Source of the DNA: Gaiellales bacterium
GTDB lineage: Bacteria; Actinomycetota; Thermoleophilia; Gaiellales; F1-60-MAGs149
DNA length: 56,131 nucleotides
NCBI GenBank assembly: GCA_038321545.1
Contig: JBBQFB010000002.1
Location: 1 to 56,131 of the forward strand
Direction of reading: 5' to 3'
Every line of letters begins with the position of its first letter. The stretch's first letter is position 1. Shown here in pieces: positions 51,484 through 56,131 of the stretch. The position numbers and the translations under genes were made by a program. The notes beneath the pieces are model-generated. The model ran no database searches and was not told the DNA's origin. It worked only from the letters and a program-made list of their open reading frames with translations.

Positions 51484-53451
51484 TCAGGCGTCGGGCCAGA
51501 ACGCCACGGCGCGGCGGGCGAGCATCTCCCTGAACTCGGCCGTCGTGCGCTCGTGCAGCTCGCCGGTCGCCCAGTCGACGATCACGCCGTAGCGCCGGAC
51601 GAGGTCGAGCACGCCCAGCTCGCCGTCGCGGAACCGCCGTGCGACGCCGGCCGCGTCCTCGGCCAGCCAGCCGCGGCGCTGCGTGCGCGTCTCGGCCCGG
51701 AGCGCCTTGGTGGCCGCCTCGTCGTACTCGTACGAGGCGAGCTCGGCGTCGATCTCGCGCACCACGACGCCATAGTCGAGCGCCGCGCGCTCGACCGACA
51801 CGTAGTCGTCGGCCACGTCCTCGACGACCCGCGCCGGATCGCGCTCCAGCGGGTCGCCGTAGCCGCCACCGCCGGCCGACGGCCGGGTGAACGACGAGCC
51901 GGCCGGGATCGGGAAGTTCGAGAAGACGGCGCCGAGGAACCGCTCGTCGTCGCCGCCCGGGTTGAGCCAGACGCCGTGCGGCAGCGACGGCAGGCCGCCC
52001 TCGATGCCCCACGTGATCGAGCGCGCGCGGTCGCAGCAGTACGACATCACGGTGCCCTCGGCCTCCGTCAGGCGGCCGCCCTTCTCGACGCCGCAGCCGC
52101 CGCGAAAGCGGCCGGGACCGCCCGAGTCGGTCTTGATCTCGTGGCCCGAGGTGACCACCGGCGAGAGCCGCTCCTGGCCCTCGACGGGCTGCACGGCGAG
52201 CCCGACGCCGAAGATCGGCGACGTCGCGTTCGCGCCGTCACGGCCGTTGCGACCGCCCCAGCCGCCGGCCATCCAGTCGTACCACATGTAGATCGGCCGG
52301 CTGGACTGGCGCGCGTCGCGGCCGCCGACCAGCAGGTACTCGAGGTTGAACGAGCACGCCAGCGCACGCTCGGGCATGACGCGCGACCACAGCTCGAAGA
52401 TCGAGTTCATGATCTTCTCGTACGGCCCCGAGCAGAAGCCCGTGACGGCGATCGGCCAGGGCGCGTTGATGACGCTGCCCTCGGGGCCGAGGTCGACGGT
52501 GACGGCGCGGTAGAAGCCCGAGTTGAGCGGCACGTCGGGGAAGAAGGTCTTCGTGCCGGCGTAGACCGCCGACGTGGTCGCGCCGTAGCCCGAGTTGAGG
52601 AACGAGCCGACCGCCGGGTGCGACCCGTTCAGGTCGTAGTGCACGCGGTCGCCCGAGATGGTCATCTTGACGCGGATCGGGATCAGTCCCTCGCTGCCGG
52701 CCGGATCGAGGTCGAGGTAGTCGACCGTCTCCATCACGACGTCGGGCAGCGCCGCGATCCGTGCCCGGGTGAGCCGCTCGACGTAGTTCTGCACCTCGCC
52801 GAAAGCCGTCTCGACCGTGTCGGCGCCGTAGCGCCCGACGAGTCGGAGGATCTCCCGCTCGCAGGCCCGCGTGGCCTCGGCCTGCGCGTGCATGTCGCCC
52901 TCGCAGTCGCTGGGCATGCGGGTGTTCGAGAAGATCAGGCGTCCGACGTCGGGGCGGTAGACGCCGCGGTCCCAAAGTCGCACGGGCGGGATCCGGAGGC
53001 CCTCTCCGAAGTGCTCCTTCGCGTTGATGTCGAACGAGCCCGGCACCGATCCTCCGACATCGGCCCAGTGCCCGTTGGCCTGTGCATAGGCGATGATCCG
53101 GCCCTCGTGGAAGATCGGGCGGATGATGCGCACGTCGTTGAAGTGCGTGCCGCCCAGGTACGGATCGTTGACGGCGAACACGTCGCCCTCGTTGATGTCG
53201 CCGGCGAACGCGTCGATGACGGCCTTGCACGTGAAGTGCAGCGTGCCGACGTGCACGGCGATGTCCTGGGAGCCCTGCATGATCGTGTCGCCGCTCGCGT
53301 CGCACAGCGAGCACGAGAAGTCGCGCGCGTAGATGACGAACGAGTGGCAGGTGCGCAGGATCTGCTCGCTCATCAGGTCGACCGAGGTCGCGAACGCGTT
53401 CTTCAGCACCTCGAAGGTGACGGGATCGAGCGCGCGCTCGGTCTTGCTCAT
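51484..53451 (-). CDS. hydantoinase B / oxoprolinase family protein (HyuB)
   Basis: 655 aa from ATG 53449-53451 within ORF 51484..53487(-): ...DPVTFEVLKNAF...RDFSCSLCD...NDPYLGGTHFNDV.... ATGA overlap with HyuA. Confidence 0.92.
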   Translation of the reverse strand: MSKTERALDPVTFEVLKNAFATSVDLMSEQILRTCHSFVIYARDFSCSLCDASGDTIMQGSQDIAVHVGTLHFTCKAVIDAFAGDINEGDVFAVNDPYLGGTHFNDVRIIRPIFHEGRIIAYAQANGHWADVGGSVPGSFDINAKEHFGEGLRIPPVRLWDRGVYRPDVGRLIFSNTRMPSDCEGDMHAQAEATRACEREILRLVGRYGADTVETAFGEVQNYVERLTRARIAALPDVVMETVDYLDLDPAGSEGLIPIRVKMTISGDRVHYDLNGSHPAVGSFLNSGYGATTSAVYAGTKTFFPDVPLNSGFYRAVTVDLGPEGSVINAPWPIAVTGFCSGPYEKIMNSIFELWSRVMPERALACSFNLEYLLVGGRDARQSSRPIYMWYDWMAGGWGGRNGRDGANATSPIFGVGLAVQPVEGQERLSPVVTSGHEIKTDSGGPGRFRGGCGVEKGGRLTEAEGTVMSYCCDRARSITWGIEGGLPSLPHGVWLNPGGDDERFLGAVFSNFPIPAGSSFTRPSAGGGGYGDPLERDPARVVEDVADDYVSVERAALDYGVVVREIDAELASYEYDEAATKALRAETRTQRRGWLAEDAAGVARRFRDGELGVLDLVRRYGVIVDWATGELHERTTAEFREMLARRAVAFWPDA

Positions 53452-55478
53452 GCCGCACCGCCCACGTGGAGGATGATGTTCAGCCACGGGTCAACCTCGG
53501 CCTCGACTCCGGGTGGGACGAGCGTGGTGGAGTCCAGCTGGTCGATCACGACCGGGCCCGTGAACCGGACGCCGGCCCGAAGGTCGTCGCGCCGGTAGAC
53601 CGGAGTGGAGACGGCGACGCCGTCGAACTGCACGTCGCGCAGCGCGTGCGGCGCGGGCAGGTCGGACGCCCCCGGCTCGTGGCGCGCGAGGCCGGGCTTC
53701 GGTGTCACACCGATGGCCTGGAGCTCGAGCTGGTAGATCTCGACCGCGGCCCCGTCGCGGCGGTACGAGAAGGCGCGCTCGTGCTCGTCGTGAAAGCGGG
53801 CCACGGCGTCGGCAACGGCCTCGGCACCGACGCCCGCCGGCACCGACAACGACCGCCACTGGCCCAGGTAGCGCATCGCGATCGAGCGCTGCAGGCTGAC
53901 CTGCTCGTCGGGCACGCCCTCGTGCTTCAGCCGCTCGCGGGCCTCGTCCTCGAGCTTGCGAAACTCCGCCTCGATCTCGGCCGGGTCGGCCGCGTCGGCG
54001 CGGCGCAGGAACATCGACGACAGGTCGTGGCGGATGTCGACCAGCAGACAGCCGAGCGCGGACGTGATGCCGGGGTTCGGCGGCACGATCACGGTCGGGA
54101 TCGAAAGCTCCTTCGCCAGCGCCGCGCCATGGAGCGGGCCGGCCCCGCCGAACGCCACCAGCGCGAAGTCGCGCGGGTCGTAGCCGCGCCGGATCGAGAT
54201 CAGGCGCACCGCGTCGGCCATGTTGGCGTTCGCGACGGTGAGCACCGCCTCGGCCGCCTCCGACGGCGTCATCTGCAGAGGCTCCGCCACGCCCTCGGTG
54301 ATCGCGCGGGCGGCCAGCTCGGGATCGAGCTGCAGCTCGCCCACCAGCTCCGGCGTCAGGCGCCCGAGGAGCACGTTCGCGTCGGTGTTCGTGGGCTGCG
54401 TGCCCCCGCGGCCGTAACACGCGGGGCCGGGCTCGGCACCCGCCGACTGCGGGCCGTTGTGCAGCGAGCCGGCCTCGTCGATCCACGCCAGCGAGCCGCC
54501 ACCGGAGCCGATCGTGAGCACCTCGATGGACGGGAAGCAGATCGGATAGCCGTACTCGACGAACCACTCGCGCGTCGTCCGCAGCTCGCCCGCGAACGCG
54601 AGCGAGATGTCGGTCGACGTGCCGCCCATGTCGAGGCCGATCGAGTTCGGGTAGCCGGCCAGGGCCGCCAGGTGACGGCTCGCGATCGCGCCCGCCGCGA
54701 TGCCGGAGGCGGCCAGCCGGACGGCGAACCTCTCGACCGTCCGCGGCGTCATGACACCACCGCCGGAGTGCAGCAGCAACAGGTCGCCCTCGTAGCCCTC
54801 GCCCGCAAGGCGCTCCTCCAGCCGGCGCACGTAGCCGCCGACCAGGGGCTGTAGCACGGCGTTCGCGATCGTGGTCGAGAAGCGCTCGTGCTCGAAGATC
54901 TCGGGCAGCACCTCGCTGGAGGTGGTCACGTTCACGCCCGGCAGCTCCTCCTCGAGGATCGCCCGCATGCGCAGCTCGTTCTCGCCGTTCGCGTACGCGT
55001 TGATGAAGCAGACGGCCACCGACTCGACGCCGCGCCGGCGCAGGATCCGCGCCACGTCGCGGGCCGCCACCTCGTCGACCGGCTGCAGCACCTCGCCGTC
55101 GTAGCCCACCCGCTCGGGCACCTCGAACCGGTCGCGGCGCCGCACGTACGGCGGTGCGACGTCGGCGTAGGCGTCCCACAGGTCCTCCTTGGTGCCGCGC
55201 CGGATCTCGATCACGTCGCGGAAGCCCTGGGTCGTGACCATCGCCACGGGCGGGAAGCGACGCGTGATCAGGGCGTTGGTGGCGACGGTGGTGCCGTGCG
55301 AGAAGAGCACCGTGTCGCGCAGGTCGATGCCGGCCTCGCGGACGCCCGTCATGACGCCCTCCATCGGGTCGGCCGGCGTCGAGGGGACCTTCGCGACGCG
55401 GATCGCCGACGTCTCCTCGTCCAGGATGCAGATGTCGGTGAACGTGCCGCCGACGTCGACCGCGACGCGAATCGGCAT
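53448..55478 (-). CDS. hydantoinase A / oxoprolinase family protein (HyuA)
   Basis: 676 aa: MPIRVAVDVGGTFTDI...SHGTTVATNAL...DMGGTSTDI.... Confidence 0.92.
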   Translation of the reverse strand: MPIRVAVDVGGTFTDICILDEETSAIRVAKVPSTPADPMEGVMTGVREAGIDLRDTVLFSHGTTVATNALITRRFPPVAMVTTQGFRDVIEIRRGTKEDLWDAYADVAPPYVRRRDRFEVPERVGYDGEVLQPVDEVAARDVARILRRRGVESVAVCFINAYANGENELRMRAILEEELPGVNVTTSSEVLPEIFEHERFSTTIANAVLQPLVGGYVRRLEERLAGEGYEGDLLLLHSGGGVMTPRTVERFAVRLAASGIAAGAIASRHLAALAGYPNSIGLDMGGTSTDISLAFAGELRTTREWFVEYGYPICFPSIEVLTIGSGGGSLAWIDEAGSLHNGPQSAGAEPGPACYGRGGTQPTNTDANVLLGRLTPELVGELQLDPELAARAITEGVAEPLQMTPSEAAEAVLTVANANMADAVRLISIRRGYDPRDFALVAFGGAGPLHGAALAKELSIPTVIVPPNPGITSALGCLLVDIRHDLSSMFLRRADAADPAEIEAEFRKLEDEARERLKHEGVPDEQVSLQRSIAMRYLGQWRSLSVPAGVGAEAVADAVARFHDEHERAFSYRRDGAAVEIYQLELQAIGVTPKPGLARHEPGASDLPAPHALRDVQFDGVAVSTPVYRRDDLRAGVRFTGPVVIDQLDSTTLVPPGVEAEVDPWLNIILHVGGAA

Positions 55479-56131
55479 CAGACCGCCGCCGCCTTCTCGC
55501 GCTCCATCAGCACGCGCCGCAGGATCTTGCCCGACGCCGACTTCGGGATCTCGTCGATGAACTCGCAGGCCCGGATCCGCAGGTGCGGCGCGACGTGGGC
55601 GGCGACGAAGTCCATCACCTCGGCCGGCGTCATCACGACGCCCGGCTTGAGCACCACGAACGCCTTCGGGATCTCACCGGCCTCCTCGTCGGCCACGCCG
55701 ATCACGGCCGCGTCGGCGATCGCCGGATTCGTCAGCAGCACGCCCTCCAGCTCGGCGGGCGGCACCTGGTAGCCCTTGTACTTGATCAGCTCCTTGAGCC
55801 GGTCGACGATCTGGAAGATCCCCGCGTCGTCCATGGTCACGATGTCCCCCGTGCGCAGCCAGCCGTCCGCGTCGATCGTCGCGGCGGTTGCCTCCGCGTT
55901 CTCGAGATAGCCGGTCATCACCTGCGGCCCGCGGATCCAGAGCTCTCCGCGGTCGCAGTCGGTGACCGTTTCGGGGTCAACGATACGTGCCTCCGTGCTC
56001 GCCAGGAGCATTCCCACCGCGCCCGGTGTGCAGACCTCCCCGCTGCGCCACGCGTGGGTGACGGGACTCGTCTCGGTGAGCCCGTAGCCCTGGAACACGT
56101 CGCAGTGGAGTCGCTCGGCACACGCGTTCTG
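55478..56131 (-). CDS. AMP-binding acyl-CoA synthetase/ligase, C-terminal part (gene continues beyond the window)
   Basis: QGYGLTETSP, ...GDIV...D..GF..IVDRLKELIKYKGYQV and the terminal ...SGKILRR motif. The stop overlaps the HyuA ATG. Confidence 0.87.
   Translation of the reverse strand, partial: QNACAERLHCDVFQGYGLTETSPVTHAWRSGEVCTPGAVGMLLASTEARIVDPETVTDCDRGELWIRGPQVMTGYLENAEATAATIDADGWLRTGDIVTMDDAGIFQIVDRLKELIKYKGYQVPPAELEGVLLTNPAIADAAVIGVADEEAGEIPKAFVVLKPGVVMTPAEVMDFVAAHVAPHLRIRACEFIDEIPKSASGKILRRVLMEREKAAAV

Overview
This is a gene-dense, very GC-rich window (roughly 70% or more, judged by eye, not computed). It reads like the chromosome of a high-GC Gram-positive bacterium. Many GTG/TTG starts, 4-nt start/stop overlaps and apparent leaderless promoters suggest Actinomycetota, perhaps Thermoleophilia or Rubrobacteria; that placement is inference only. 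I support 57 protein-coding genes. I see no rRNA, tRNA, CRISPR array, transposase, integrase or prophage genes. Most content is amine, amino-acid and amide catabolism and transport:
- a divergent cold-shock protein / DEAD-box helicase pair;
- four RidA paralogs mixed with imine-forming PLP and FAD enzymes;
- an MttB-family methyltransferase with no corrinoid partner, next to an enolase-superfamily enzyme and near a dimethylglycine-oxidase-like fusion;
- a BMP-type (nucleoside) ABC importer and a nucleoside hydrolase;
- kynurenine formamidase and kynureninase;
- a Zn/Mn-type ABC importer with an adjacent Fur/Zur regulator;
- a glutamine-synthetase-like / formamidase / YhfX-like / Fe-ADH operon;
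- a P450, RlmE, a group II decarboxylase and an NlpC/P60 hydrolase;
- an M24 peptidase / aminotransferase / CN-hydrolase / AsnC block;
- a NarL-type two-component system beside a STAS / DUF488 / Gre-paralog / USP stress block;
- an acyl-CoA ligase / HyuA / HyuB operon.

The observations most worth a second look:
1. An OmpR-type two-component system (7326-10709) is bracketed by two exported, low-complexity, polyacidic proteins that share a C-terminal motif.
2. A 603-bp non-coding island (35775-36377) consists of an imperfect direct duplication.
3. A GAATGGGG...CCCCAT inverted repeat recurs in three intergenic regions of the NarL/STAS/Gre/USP block.
4. A metal ABC permease is fused in frame to its substrate-binding protein.
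5. The leader of the NlpC/P60 gene carries ydaO-like (c-di-AMP riboswitch) sequence signatures.

All functional calls come from motif and family recognition by eye. No database search was run.
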